In this document: positions 40,408-49,743 of the stretch, one piece after another
Layout of the letters: each line of letters begins with the position of its first letter
How positions within the stretch are numbered: the stretch's first letter is position 1
DNA from: Planctomycetota bacterium
GTDB lineage: Bacteria > Planctomycetota > GCA-002687715 > DRQF01
Direction of reading: 5' to 3'
DNA length: 53,598 nt
Assembly (NCBI GenBank): GCA_036479435.1
Contig: JAZGFI010000093.1
Location: 1-53,598, forward strand
The notes under the pieces: model-generated
Seen by the model: only the letters and a program-made list of their open reading frames with translations
Databases searched by the model: none
Told to the model about the DNA's origin: nothing
Program-made: the position numbers and the translations under genes

Positions 40408-42090
40408 TCAGTCCTGGGGGCGAAATTCGCTCGTTTCGCTCCATTGAGGACGCTCGGCGGTCATCCCCAAATTGACGCCCAGACGGAATAAAGCGCGGAT
40501 ATCCGCACAACCGCCCTTCAAAGACCAAGCCGGGTCAAACTCGTCACTCGGCCGGTGATAGTGGTTTTTACGCCAGACATCCCGGGCCTTCTTCACAAAG
40601 TCCGCCGGCTTCCCCGCCATGTCTTGGCCGCCTTTGATGTACAGGGCGGGCACGCCGACGCGTGCGAAATTGAAGTGGTCGCTACGGTAGTAGTATCCCT
40701 TTTCGCTCTCGCTATCGGGCAGAACGTGGCGCCCGCGTTTTTTGAGCACCGCAATGAGGCGCTGTTCCAAATCGTTTTGACCCGACCCGATGACTTCGAC
40801 GTCCTTAGTTTCGTCGTGGACGTTGATGCCATCGACGTTGATATTGGCCACGATGTTCTCAAGCGGCACCGTGGGGTGCTCGGCGAACCACCGGCTCCCT
40901 AACAGTCCTTTTTCCTCACTCCCGACAAAAAGGAACATCGCCGAGCGCTTCGGCTTGGGATCGAGCTTTCCCCAGGCTTCCGCGAGCGCGAGGATTCCCC
41001 CACAGCCGCTCGCGTTGTCGATCGCGCCGTTGTAAATGCCATCTTTGCCTTCGGGCACCGCGGCCGCGCCAAGATGATCATAGTGCGCGGTGTAGATAAT
41101 CCACTCGGCTTTCAGCTTAGCGTCAGAGCCTTCCATCAGCGCGACGACGTTGACATCTTCAAGATCGGCGACTTCGTTGACGAGCGAGGTCTGGGCGCGC
41201 AATCCCAAGGGGACCGGCACAAAACCACGCTTTGCCGAAGCCGCGGCGAGCTCGTCGAGCGTGCGCCCCGTTTTCGACACGAGTTTCTCAGCCGTTGCCC
41301 AGGTCACCCAACCGCGAGCACCTAGCATCGAGCTCGGATCGTCACCGCGAATGTCAAAGCGCGGCGTGCGCCAAGAATTGAACACCACCGCCCAGCCATA
41401 ACCAGCCCAGGGAGTCTTGTGCACGACCAAACAGCCCGCCGCCCCCAGTTCACGCGCCTTGTCGAATTTATAGGTCCAGCGCCCGTAGTAGGTCATCGCG
41501 GCACCACCGAAGAGATCCTGATCTGCGGTCGGAGGATCGCCGACCAACATCACGAGGATCTTTCCTTTGCAGTCTAGGCCCTCAAAGTCGTTCCACTCAT
41601 ACTCCGGCGCCTCGGCCCCGTGCCCGACAAACACAAGTTCGGCATCGACGGCATGCTCGCCCGCTCCGCGATTCGAAACCAGCACATAGTCTTTGCCGTA
41701 CTTCGGTGTCCAATCAAATCCAGCCTTGTCCTTCGCGGCAAGCCCTCGGATTCGCATCGTCTGCTTTGAAGTCACGATGCGTCGCATGGGCACGTCCTGC
41801 CCCCACTTGCCCTTCGCGCCTCCGGGTTTGGCGCCGGCCGCTTTGAGTTTCGAAATCAGATAGTCACGGGCGCGAGCGGCGCCGATCGTGCCGGGCCCCC
41901 GACCTTCCATGTCGTCATCCGCGAGCACCTTGATGTGCGCCTTGATGCCTTCAGGCGTGATTGAGTCTTCGGCGCCTTGCACCGTCGCGGCATCGCCCCA
42001 GGTCTTTGTGTCGGCTACGGTCTTGTCGCCACAGGCGCTCAGTGCCAAGGCAGTCAACACCAAGAATGTGACTCGGGTCATGGATTTCAT
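40408..42090 (-). CDS. M28 family aminopeptidase lipoprotein with PA domain
   Basis: Lipobox LALSAC; AHYDH, NGAIDNASG, SEEKGLLGS, RSDHFNF, YHRPSDE. TGATG overlap with the upstream gene. Confidence 0.93.
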   Translation of the reverse strand: MKSMTRVTFLVLTALALSACGDKTVADTKTWGDAATVQGAEDSITPEGIKAHIKVLADDDMEGRGPGTIGAARARDYLISKLKAAGAKPGGAKGKWGQDVPMRRIVTSKQTMRIRGLAAKDKAGFDWTPKYGKDYVLVSNRGAGEHAVDAELVFVGHGAEAPEYEWNDFEGLDCKGKILVMLVGDPPTADQDLFGGAAMTYYGRWTYKFDKARELGAAGCLVVHKTPWAGYGWAVVFNSWRTPRFDIRGDDPSSMLGARGWVTWATAEKLVSKTGRTLDELAAASAKRGFVPVPLGLRAQTSLVNEVADLEDVNVVALMEGSDAKLKAEWIIYTAHYDHLGAAAVPEGKDGIYNGAIDNASGCGGILALAEAWGKLDPKPKRSAMFLFVGSEEKGLLGSRWFAEHPTVPLENIVANINVDGINVHDETKDVEVIGSGQNDLEQRLIAVLKKRGRHVLPDSESEKGYYYRSDHFNFARVGVPALYIKGGQDMAGKPADFVKKARDVWRKNHYHRPSDEFDPAWSLKGGCADIRALFRLGVNLGMTAERPQWSETSEFRPQD

Positions 42091-44729
42091 CAAAGTCGCC
42101 TGATCTTGAGGTTACGAAAGGAAACGAGGTCACCATGGTCTTGCAGCGCGATGTGCCCTTCGAGCATCTCACCGAACTCGGCCATGTCTTTGAACTTGCT
42201 CTTACTCTTCAGCGCATACCACTGCGGACTGCGCAGCGTGTAGCTGACCACCAAGGTGCCGTTCAGCCAATGCTCGACCTGGCTTTTTTGCACTTTGATC
42301 CGCGCATGATTCCAATGATCCGCGGGCATCGCCACCGATCGCGCCCCGGCGATCATGGCGTAGAGGGCCCCCGCTGAGGTGAGAGGCGAACCGCCGTCTT
42401 GGTGCCGTAAATCATCCAGGATTTGCATCTCCGGACCGGTCGACCAAGTGCTCCCACCTTTTTCACTCACGCGGTAAAAGATGCCGCTGTTGGCACCCGG
42501 CGCCGCCTTCCACTCGCAGCTAAACTCGAAGTCTCGGTAAATCTCGCGCGTGATGATGTCGCCGCCGCCTTGACCCTTGTGGTGGCGGAGCTCCCCATTC
42601 TCGACGCTCCAGCCCTGGGTCGGAAACGCTTTCTTTCTAAATCCACGCCAAGCAGAGGTGTCCTTGCCGTCAAATAGTAAATGCCAACCCGCGGCCGACT
42701 CCTCGACGCTGATGGCATTGAGCTTTGCAGTCGAGGCGAGGCCGCCGCGCAACTTCGGCCCCGCGGTCGCCGGCACTCTATTCAGGGTGTACCAGGCTTC
42801 GGTGCTCCAAAGTGGCCGTCGCGCAACACTGCGCCAAGTCACCGGCAAGGTGAACTGGTACACCTTGCCCGCGGTCATGGCCTCCACGCCGACGAACAAC
42901 TGCAAACGATCTTTGGAAACCCTCAGCGCGCTTGGGGCCACGATTCGCTTGTCGATCTTCGGCCCGCCGTAGGTCTTGGTTGGCCGGTAGTGGAAAGAAA
43001 TAAGCTTGATGTCTTCAGGCTTGAGGTCGACGTCCGAAGCCATGGGCTCGGTAAATTCGATCACAAAACCATCGCTACGGGCCGACAGAGTTTTCATCTC
43101 AAAACTTGGGCGGCCATTCGGGCTGAGTCGTTGCAGCCCGAACCATTTGCGCCCGGCGTGTTCCCAGTTCCCCGGGTTTCCGACGCCGCCCACAAACAAC
43201 ACACCGGCGTCGGTGGACACAAAACGATTGATGCCGGCCTCAAGCCCCTGGGTGAAGCGAAAAACCGCGCCTTGGTATTCGCCGCCCATGCGCTCGACAA
43301 AGACGCGCTTCATCCCGCCGTGGGTCACATCACCGTGCAGCATCTGACCGACGAAGGGCCCGGCTTTAAACACACCCGGTTGGCTGGGCGAATTCCCGAT
43401 TTCGTTCTGGGGCAGCCACACCACCGGCGGCGTTGCCTCCTTCTTCTTCCAGTCCTTGGGAAGGGCCGAAAACGAGTTGTAAAACGCGCCCTCCTTCAAA
43501 TGCAAGATCTTGCTCGACGGCAACCAGTCGCCCTGATTGTCGGCGATGAAAATCTCACCGTCGACACCGATGCCAATTCCGTTCGGCGTGCGAAGCCCCC
43601 GTGTTAAAAACTGCTGTTCGCCAGTGGCGATGTTCACCCGAATCGTGCGACCGCGGTCGGGGACTTGCGGATGTGTCGACGCGCCGCCAGGGTTGATCGC
43701 CGTCGCCAGGTTGAAGTAAAGCCAGCCGTCTTTTTCGACCAAACCAAAGGCGAACTCGTGAAAGTTGTTCGAAACGCTCCAAGCGTCGGCGAGCTTTTTG
43801 TACTCGTCGATAACGTCATCGCCGTCGTGATCGATCAGTTCGGTCAACTCTTGTTTCTGCAGGACAAAGAGCCGCTTGCCGACACACTTTAGGCCCAAGG
43901 GCTCGGCGAGACCGGCGGCAATGCGCTTGACGTTGACTGCTTTGGGATCTGCCGCGTGAACCCCGTCAATGAGATAAACACCACCTTCGGGCGACCAAGT
44001 GCAAATCACGAGTTTGCCATCCGGCCTGAGGTCCATGCCCCCGACTTTGGGTTCAAACCCCTCGGGGCGAAGGTCCGCAAGATCGTAGGAGGGATGAACA
44101 CCGCTCAAGGGACGTCGGTCGCCGGAAGCGCGGGAGTCGCCGAGCCGCAGGACACGTTTGCGTCCGGGTGCCGTGACGCGGACAACACCCTTGGGCGTCG
44201 ACAAGACTGACTCATCCAAAACCTGAAACTCCGCAGCACCCAGCGGCCGCCACGCAATCCGGAGCATCGCGCCCCCGCCCTCTTCGAAATGAACGACTTT
44301 CAATAAGTAGGGCCGCGCCTCGAGCGCCAAGACCATGGTCTTAGATTCTGGGGCGTGGAGGCCGTCGTTGTCGATGATCTCTTTGCCGTCCAGCCAAAGC
44401 TTGCTGCCATCGTCGCTCGTGATCTGGAACTCGTACTCGCCCGCCGACGGCGGTGTCAGCCGAGCGTTGATGACGACGAGGTAGCGCGATTGGAAGGGCT
44501 TGAAGTCCTCGCGCGACTCATCGAAATCGAGTTTCTTGGCGAGAAAGTTGACGTTCGGAGTCTGCCCTTCGATGAGATCGGGAACCGCCGCCATTGCAAT
44601 GCCAACGTCATAGATGCGAACATCGGCACCCGATTCGAAAACAGTAGCCTGCGCTCGCAAATCTGCACCGGAAGCAAGACACCACAACAAAGCTGCTGCG
44701 ACACAGACGGGACGGAAAGTCACGATCAA
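42090..44729 (-). CDS. Secreted PA14 + beta-propeller + DUF1080 (3-keto-disaccharide hydrolase-like) protein
   Basis: PA14 SDDGSKLWLDG...DNDGLH; propeller GLAEPLGL, GLRTPNG, DNQGDW; DUF1080 WHLLFDGKD, NSGIFY, EMQILD, GHIALQDHG..VSFRNLKIR. Confidence 0.85.
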   Translation of the reverse strand: MIVTFRPVCVAAALLWCLASGADLRAQATVFESGADVRIYDVGIAMAAVPDLIEGQTPNVNFLAKKLDFDESREDFKPFQSRYLVVINARLTPPSAGEYEFQITSDDGSKLWLDGKEIIDNDGLHAPESKTMVLALEARPYLLKVVHFEEGGGAMLRIAWRPLGAAEFQVLDESVLSTPKGVVRVTAPGRKRVLRLGDSRASGDRRPLSGVHPSYDLADLRPEGFEPKVGGMDLRPDGKLVICTWSPEGGVYLIDGVHAADPKAVNVKRIAAGLAEPLGLKCVGKRLFVLQKQELTELIDHDGDDVIDEYKKLADAWSVSNNFHEFAFGLVEKDGWLYFNLATAINPGGASTHPQVPDRGRTIRVNIATGEQQFLTRGLRTPNGIGIGVDGEIFIADNQGDWLPSSKILHLKEGAFYNSFSALPKDWKKKEATPPVVWLPQNEIGNSPSQPGVFKAGPFVGQMLHGDVTHGGMKRVFVERMGGEYQGAVFRFTQGLEAGINRFVSTDAGVLFVGGVGNPGNWEHAGRKWFGLQRLSPNGRPSFEMKTLSARSDGFVIEFTEPMASDVDLKPEDIKLISFHYRPTKTYGGPKIDKRIVAPSALRVSKDRLQLFVGVEAMTAGKVYQFTLPVTWRSVARRPLWSTEAWYTLNRVPATAGPKLRGGLASTAKLNAISVEESAAGWHLLFDGKDTSAWRGFRKKAFPTQGWSVENGELRHHKGQGGGDIITREIYRDFEFSCEWKAAPGANSGIFYRVSEKGGSTWSTGPEMQILDDLRHQDGGSPLTSAGALYAMIAGARSVAMPADHWNHARIKVQKSQVEHWLNGTLVVSYTLRSPQWYALKSKSKFKDMAEFGEMLEGHIALQDHGDLVSFRNLKIRRL

Positions 44730-46186
44730 AGCCCTCCCTGCAGCTTGTACTCAAAGACGTACTGATAGCTGCCGTTGTAGAACTCGAATCGTGCTTCCTC
44801 ACCCTTTATCTTCGGTCTGAGGGGCGAGATCGGACGCACACGGTCAATCATGTACTTGGCCTTTTCTCGTAGAACCAGCTTCTCACCCTCGGCCAAGCCC
44901 CGTACGCTGAACGAACGCAGCAGCTGTGGCTTGTGACTCATGACCACTTCCGGAAACTCGACGACGACGACGTCTTGACGTCCGCTCCGGCGCAAGCGGT
45001 ACTCGAAATGCACAACTTTTCGATTCAATGACTTCCGCAAGCGGTACCCCTCATAGCTCAGCACAACATCCAAGATCCCAGGCTCACCGTCGGGACCGCG
45101 CGGCGCCGATTGCAACTGCCAGGTCGGGCTTTCGAATTCGAGTAGAGCTTTGCCACGCGTCTTCGGTTGGGGCCCGTGGGCGCCGTCGTAGACCGAACCC
45201 ACCAGCTCAATGCCACCCGCCCAAATCTTGTGGAGACCGGGCTTCGCCAGATCATAAGAGACCCACAGTTTTTCCTGCAAGGCCACCACCGCCACGCGCG
45301 GTCGGCCGTCCAAGACACAGCGAAACACGAAGGGATCGTGCGCTCTCCCTGACGACGCAGGCAAGGGCATGGCTTCGACACCGAACTTCTCGGGCTTGAT
45401 CGTCACCTTCCCCGTTGCCGCCCATTCCGTGCCGCGCGCCAACAACAAGCGAAGTTGCTTGTCTTGCATCGAAGCGCGGGTCGCGGGAGTGTTGCGCCAG
45501 ACATGCCCCAGCGGCGTGTGAAACACGCGGCCTTTGCCGTACTTGTGAATAAGGACCATCGGTTCGACCTTCCCGCTCCCGCCACTTTTTTGGCTCGAAC
45601 GCGCCGACATCAAGGTTCGGTACGGGGTTTGGTGCATCGGTTCTAGGCCGTGGTAAAGCTCGTCGGGATGAGCCTTCATGTCCGGCAGATCCCAGGTAAT
45701 GGGGTGATTGCGGTCAACGACATCGACGTCGAACTTGTGAAAGGCACCGTGCCCCGTGTCTTTGCGCCAGCACAAAGCGCAGATCTTCTCGTAGGCCTCC
45801 CAGCCCTCAAATGCGTTGTTGGCCGCGTGCATCACGACCACGCCAACGCCCCATTTCACCGCGGCGACGAAGTTGTTCTCCGCCGCTTTGCCCCAACGCT
45901 TACCGTTGTAGTCGAGGAAGATCGCACGAAAGCTGTGAGCGAACCTCGCGTTGGCAAGATCGGCGGAAGGATCTTCCGTCACCGTGACTTCGAACCGCCC
46001 GGTCTTTTCCAGCAACTCAACGACCTGATCCGTGGTGTACTCACAGTCATGGTTGTTTTCGCCCGTCACCACGAGCACCGGCAGCAGCTTTGAAAGCTCC
46101 GCCGCTTGCTGCGCCGATAGCACCGCGCCGGATGGCAAAAGGACCATGGCTAGCGCAAAAAGAAGAACTCGTTGAGTCACGTTCAT
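44726..46186 (-). CDS. Secreted ThuA-domain protein with an additional C-terminal domain
   Basis: LVVTGENNHD, GVVVMHAA, DELYH and YGKGRVFHTPLGH are typical of the ThuA fold; about 200 extra C-terminal residues. Confidence 0.82.
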   Translation of the reverse strand: MNVTQRVLLFALAMVLLPSGAVLSAQQAAELSKLLPVLVVTGENNHDCEYTTDQVVELLEKTGRFEVTVTEDPSADLANARFAHSFRAIFLDYNGKRWGKAAENNFVAAVKWGVGVVVMHAANNAFEGWEAYEKICALCWRKDTGHGAFHKFDVDVVDRNHPITWDLPDMKAHPDELYHGLEPMHQTPYRTLMSARSSQKSGGSGKVEPMVLIHKYGKGRVFHTPLGHVWRNTPATRASMQDKQLRLLLARGTEWAATGKVTIKPEKFGVEAMPLPASSGRAHDPFVFRCVLDGRPRVAVVALQEKLWVSYDLAKPGLHKIWAGGIELVGSVYDGAHGPQPKTRGKALLEFESPTWQLQSAPRGPDGEPGILDVVLSYEGYRLRKSLNRKVVHFEYRLRRSGRQDVVVVEFPEVVMSHKPQLLRSFSVRGLAEGEKLVLREKAKYMIDRVRPISPLRPKIKGEEARFEFYNGSYQYVFEYKLQGGL

Positions 46187-46216
46187 GATGCCACTCGGGG
46201 TAGTGAAAATGGAGAC

Positions 46217-47518
46217 TTAGTCGACATCAGCCTTTGAGGAATGCCGCGGATAAAAGGCAATGACGTAGGCGAGGCAGGCTAGTGACGCCCACATCGGGAC
46301 AGAAAACAAACGCTGGGTTATCGACTCCGAGGCATAGCTGAACTTTTCGCCATCGGCGGCCCAGCCCTGCACCAAAGTGGTCGCGACGTAGCTACCGACG
46401 ATAATCCCGATGCCGATCACGACGAGGTTGTAAAGGCTCTGCGCGCTCGCCCGGACATCGGCAGTTGTTTCTTCGTCGACGATCATGAAGGCCACGAAGA
46501 TGAAGCAGCCGAAGCACAGACCGTGCAGGGCTACGCCCAACACCAAGGTTGCGATTTCGGGCATCGGCAGTACGTGGACGTAGCTGAAAAGCAGCATGCG
46601 GAGGGCGTAGGCCAATAGCCCCACGATCAAAAAAGTCTTGCGCGAGTACTTTTTGGCGAACAGCGGGACGATAGCTAAGACTGCGATCTCGGTCATCTGC
46701 CCGATGGTCATGAGTCCGCCGCCCCCCACGCCAAAGACCTTGTTGAGGCTGGTGGCGATGCCCGCTTGAAACTCGCTCAGAAAACCCGCGGTGTGCACGA
46801 AGTAAAACTGGTGAATACAGGACACCACCAAGGACACGACAAACAAATGGCGCAAGGTGGCGTTGCCGAGGATTTCCTTAAGTGCCTCCCAAGTGGCGAA
46901 GGCCTCTTTGCCCTTGCGCGGTGGCGTGTTCGGCAAAAAGAAGCAGTACACGCCCATCACCAAGCCAATGATGGCACTAAGGCGAAAGGCATCGGCGCGG
47001 CCGGCATTCTGGGCGAGCTTTAGGGCCTCGGCGCTCAGGCCCGAAGGCGAGTGCTTCAGCAGCAGCCACTGCCCCACCGCGATACCCACCACAATCCAGC
47101 CCACGGTGCCCCACACGCGGACTTTGGCGAAGTCGGTGTCGCGGTCTTTGAGGTGATGCAAAGCGAGGGAATTGCTGAGGGGCAAAGTCGGCGCATAAAC
47201 CAAAGAGTAGGCGAGCGAGAACCACAAAAACCCGGAGTAGGTCTCGACGTCTGCCAAGTTCCACACCAAGGCCGCGCCAATGATATGGCTGATGCCGAGG
47301 AATTTTTGGGTCGCGAAGAAACGGTCCGCAATCTGCCCCGCCACAAAGGGTGCCAACAAGGCCCCCACCGCCCCGACCGCGAACATCGTCCCAATCTGTT
47401 CGCCGCTGAACTTGCGATAGTCCTGCAAAAAGGGAAAAAGGATCGGCAGCCAAGCCCCCCAGATCGCGTACTGGAAAAACATCATTGTCGAAAGCTTGGG
47501 TTTTTTGGAGATCGTCAA
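46217..47518 (-). CDS. MFS transporter, nucleoside:H+ symporter (NupG/YegT)-like
   Basis: FFQYAIWGAW, GQIADRFF, RVWGTVGWI, MTIGQMTEI; about 12 TM. Confidence 0.88.
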   Translation of the reverse strand: MTISKKPKLSTMMFFQYAIWGAWLPILFPFLQDYRKFSGEQIGTMFAVGAVGALLAPFVAGQIADRFFATQKFLGISHIIGAALVWNLADVETYSGFLWFSLAYSLVYAPTLPLSNSLALHHLKDRDTDFAKVRVWGTVGWIVVGIAVGQWLLLKHSPSGLSAEALKLAQNAGRADAFRLSAIIGLVMGVYCFFLPNTPPRKGKEAFATWEALKEILGNATLRHLFVVSLVVSCIHQFYFVHTAGFLSEFQAGIATSLNKVFGVGGGGLMTIGQMTEIAVLAIVPLFAKKYSRKTFLIVGLLAYALRMLLFSYVHVLPMPEIATLVLGVALHGLCFGCFIFVAFMIVDEETTADVRASAQSLYNLVVIGIGIIVGSYVATTLVQGWAADGEKFSYASESITQRLFSVPMWASLACLAYVIAFYPRHSSKADVD

Positions 47519-47577
47519 GGCGTCATCCTTAGCAAGGGAGAATTCTGGGACTTAGCCAATCCGTGGCGAAACTCAGT

Positions 47578-48633
47578 TCAGGAATCACCGAAGGCGCTGT
47601 CGAAGGCGCTGTCGAAGGCGCGGTCAGAGCGAGGGAAGTCTAAGTCGCGCACGAAGTCAGCTGCATCGGTGGCCCCGTGTTCGCGATCCATCATGGGATC
47701 TTCCCATTCGACCGACAGGGGTCCGCCATAGCCAATGTGATTCAAGATCCGGATGATGCCCTCAAAATCGATGGCCCCGCGACCCGGCGAGCGGAAATCC
47801 CAGTAACGACCATCGTCACCAAAGTCGGTATGGCCACCAAAGACTCCCGCACGAGCGAAGCCCTCTTGCCACCAGACGTCTTTGATGTGGACATGAAAGA
47901 TGCGTTCAGCAAACTCCCGCAGAAACTGTAAGTAGTCGACGCCCTGATAGCCAAAGTGCGAGGGATCAAAGTTCGCGCCAAACCTCGGGTGGTAATCAAC
48001 GGCTTCCAGGGCGCGCTTGAAGGTCACCAGGTCGAAAGCAATTTCCGTGGGGTGGACTTCCAAGGCGAAGTAAAGATCGGCTTCTTCGAATACATCCAAG
48101 ATTGGCAACCAACGCTGCGCAAAATCCGCGTATCCGGCGTCGATCTGACCCGGCAGCACCGGCGGGAATGAGTAGCACAGATGCCAAATACTGCTGCCCG
48201 TAAAACCGTTGACGCGGAGACCGTGTTCTTCGTGCTGTTCTTTGACTTCATCGGGAGCGGCATCGAAAAAGCGGCGCGCGGCGCGCGCGGTGGCTTTCAT
48301 TTCTTCGGCGGCACGCTGGCGAACGCCCTCGGGGTCACCATCGCCCCAGACTTCTGCCGGCAAAATCGCGCGGTGACGTTCGTCGATGCGATCGCAAACG
48401 GCTTGCCCGACGAGGTGGTTGCTCAGGGCAAAACAATTGAGATCAAACTCGCGCAGGGTTTGCCAATGCTCGGCGAGATAGGCGTCGTCATTGAGGGCCC
48501 GCCCGACTTCGAAGTGATCGCCCCAACAGGCGAGTTCGAGGCCGTCGTAGCCCATCTCCTCGGCTTTTTCGCAGAGCGTGCGAAAAGAAAGGTCGGCCCA
48601 TTGGCCCGTAAACAGCGTCAAAGGTCTTGGCAT
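47578..48633 (-). CDS. Sugar phosphate isomerase/epimerase-type TIM-barrel protein (AP_endonuc_2)
   Basis: [48 protein letters not shown] metal-binding motifs. Confidence 0.9.
   Translation of the reverse strand: MPRPLTLFTGQWADLSFRTLCEKAEEMGYDGLELACWGDHFEVGRALNDDAYLAEHWQTLREFDLNCFALSNHLVGQAVCDRIDERHRAILPAEVWGDGDPEGVRQRAAEEMKATARAARRFFDAAPDEVKEQHEEHGLRVNGFTGSSIWHLCYSFPPVLPGQIDAGYADFAQRWLPILDVFEEADLYFALEVHPTEIAFDLVTFKRALEAVDYHPRFGANFDPSHFGYQGVDYLQFLREFAERIFHVHIKDVWWQEGFARAGVFGGHTDFGDDGRYWDFRSPGRGAIDFEGIIRILNHIGYGGPLSVEWEDPMMDREHGATDAADFVRDLDFPRSDRAFDSAFDSAFGDS
47589..47621. repeat. 12-bp in-frame tandem repeat (CGAAGGCGCTGT x about 2.75) encoding [10 protein letters not shown]
   Basis: Read directly from the sequence. 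Confidence 0.85.
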
Positions 48634-48753
48634 GGCTGCTTCCATTCCTTCAGGGGCAAAGGGTCGAATCGGAATCTTAGCGGGGCCCCCTGCCCCTGGC
48701 TACCTTTGGACCTTCTCGGATAGAATCTCAGCTCAACCGCCCTTGGAGAGTCC

Positions 48754-49734
48754 ATGCCCGATCCCCAGCCTTTTCGAATCGCCATCCTTGGCACCGGCAG
48801 CATCGCCGATACCGCTCATGCGCCGGCTTTGAGTTCTCTGCCCGAATGTTGCCTGTGGTCGGTGCTCAGCCGCTGCCAGGACCGCGCTCAGGGCTTCGCC
48901 CGACGCCATCAAGCAAAAGCACCCCAAGCCGCGTTTGACGATTTGGCCGGTCTCCTACGCGACGACGCCTTGGATGCCGTCATCGTCACCACGCCAGATC
49001 GACTTCACGCAGCGATGGCGATCGCAGCGCTCAAAGCTGGCAAACACGTCTTGGTGGAAAAGCCGATGGTGACGAGCCGCGCCGAGGGCGAAGAGCTACT
49101 CGCAGCTCGTGATGCTTCGGGCAAGACTTTGGCCGTGGCTTTTCATCTCCGCCATCATCGCGGGCATCGCCTGTTGCGCGAGCGAATCCTCGCTGGCGAC
49201 ATCGGCGAGGTACGACACCTGCGCGTGCAGTGGACTTTCGCCGCCGCGGACGCATCAAATTGGCGCGCCACGCCGAAGCTGGGCAAATGGTGGAGCTTGG
49301 CGGCAAACGGCCCACACGCGCTGGACTTAGTGCGCTGGTTTGCGGCGGATAGGCTCGGACCTTTAGAAGAATTGCGGGGCACTTTTAGCCGCGGTCGCGT
49401 TTTGGGAAGCCCTCACGACGAGACCGCCGTGGTCGGGGGATGTTTTGCTTCGGGAGCGACGATCGAAATCCTGACCAGCGTTCTCTTTGCTTCGCGACCC
49501 GCCTTCGAAATCTACGGTTCTGAGGGCGAAGGAATCTGCCGCGACACCTTGGGCCGTCACGGGGCTGGCGACATCGAATTGAACGGCGACCCTTTGACCT
49601 TTGAAGTGCACTCGCCCTTCGCAGGCGAAATCGCCGATTTTGTGGCTGCCGCCCGCGATGGCCGGGCCCCCGAGGTCGGCGGCGAAGCGGGCATGCAAGT
49701 GGTTGAAGACCTGCTGCGAATCAGCGACTTCTGA
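48754..49734 (+). CDS. Gfo/Idh/MocA family NAD(P)-dependent oxidoreductase
   Basis: ILGTGSIA Rossmann motif, GKHVLVEKP, NGPHALD. Confidence 0.9.
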   Translation: MPDPQPFRIAILGTGSIADTAHAPALSSLPECCLWSVLSRCQDRAQGFARRHQAKAPQAAFDDLAGLLRDDALDAVIVTTPDRLHAAMAIAALKAGKHVLVEKPMVTSRAEGEELLAARDASGKTLAVAFHLRHHRGHRLLRERILAGDIGEVRHLRVQWTFAAADASNWRATPKLGKWWSLAANGPHALDLVRWFAADRLGPLEELRGTFSRGRVLGSPHDETAVVGGCFASGATIEILTSVLFASRPAFEIYGSEGEGICRDTLGRHGAGDIELNGDPLTFEVHSPFAGEIADFVAAARDGRAPEVGGEAGMQVVEDLLRISDF

Positions 49735-49743
49735 TTTGCGCAC

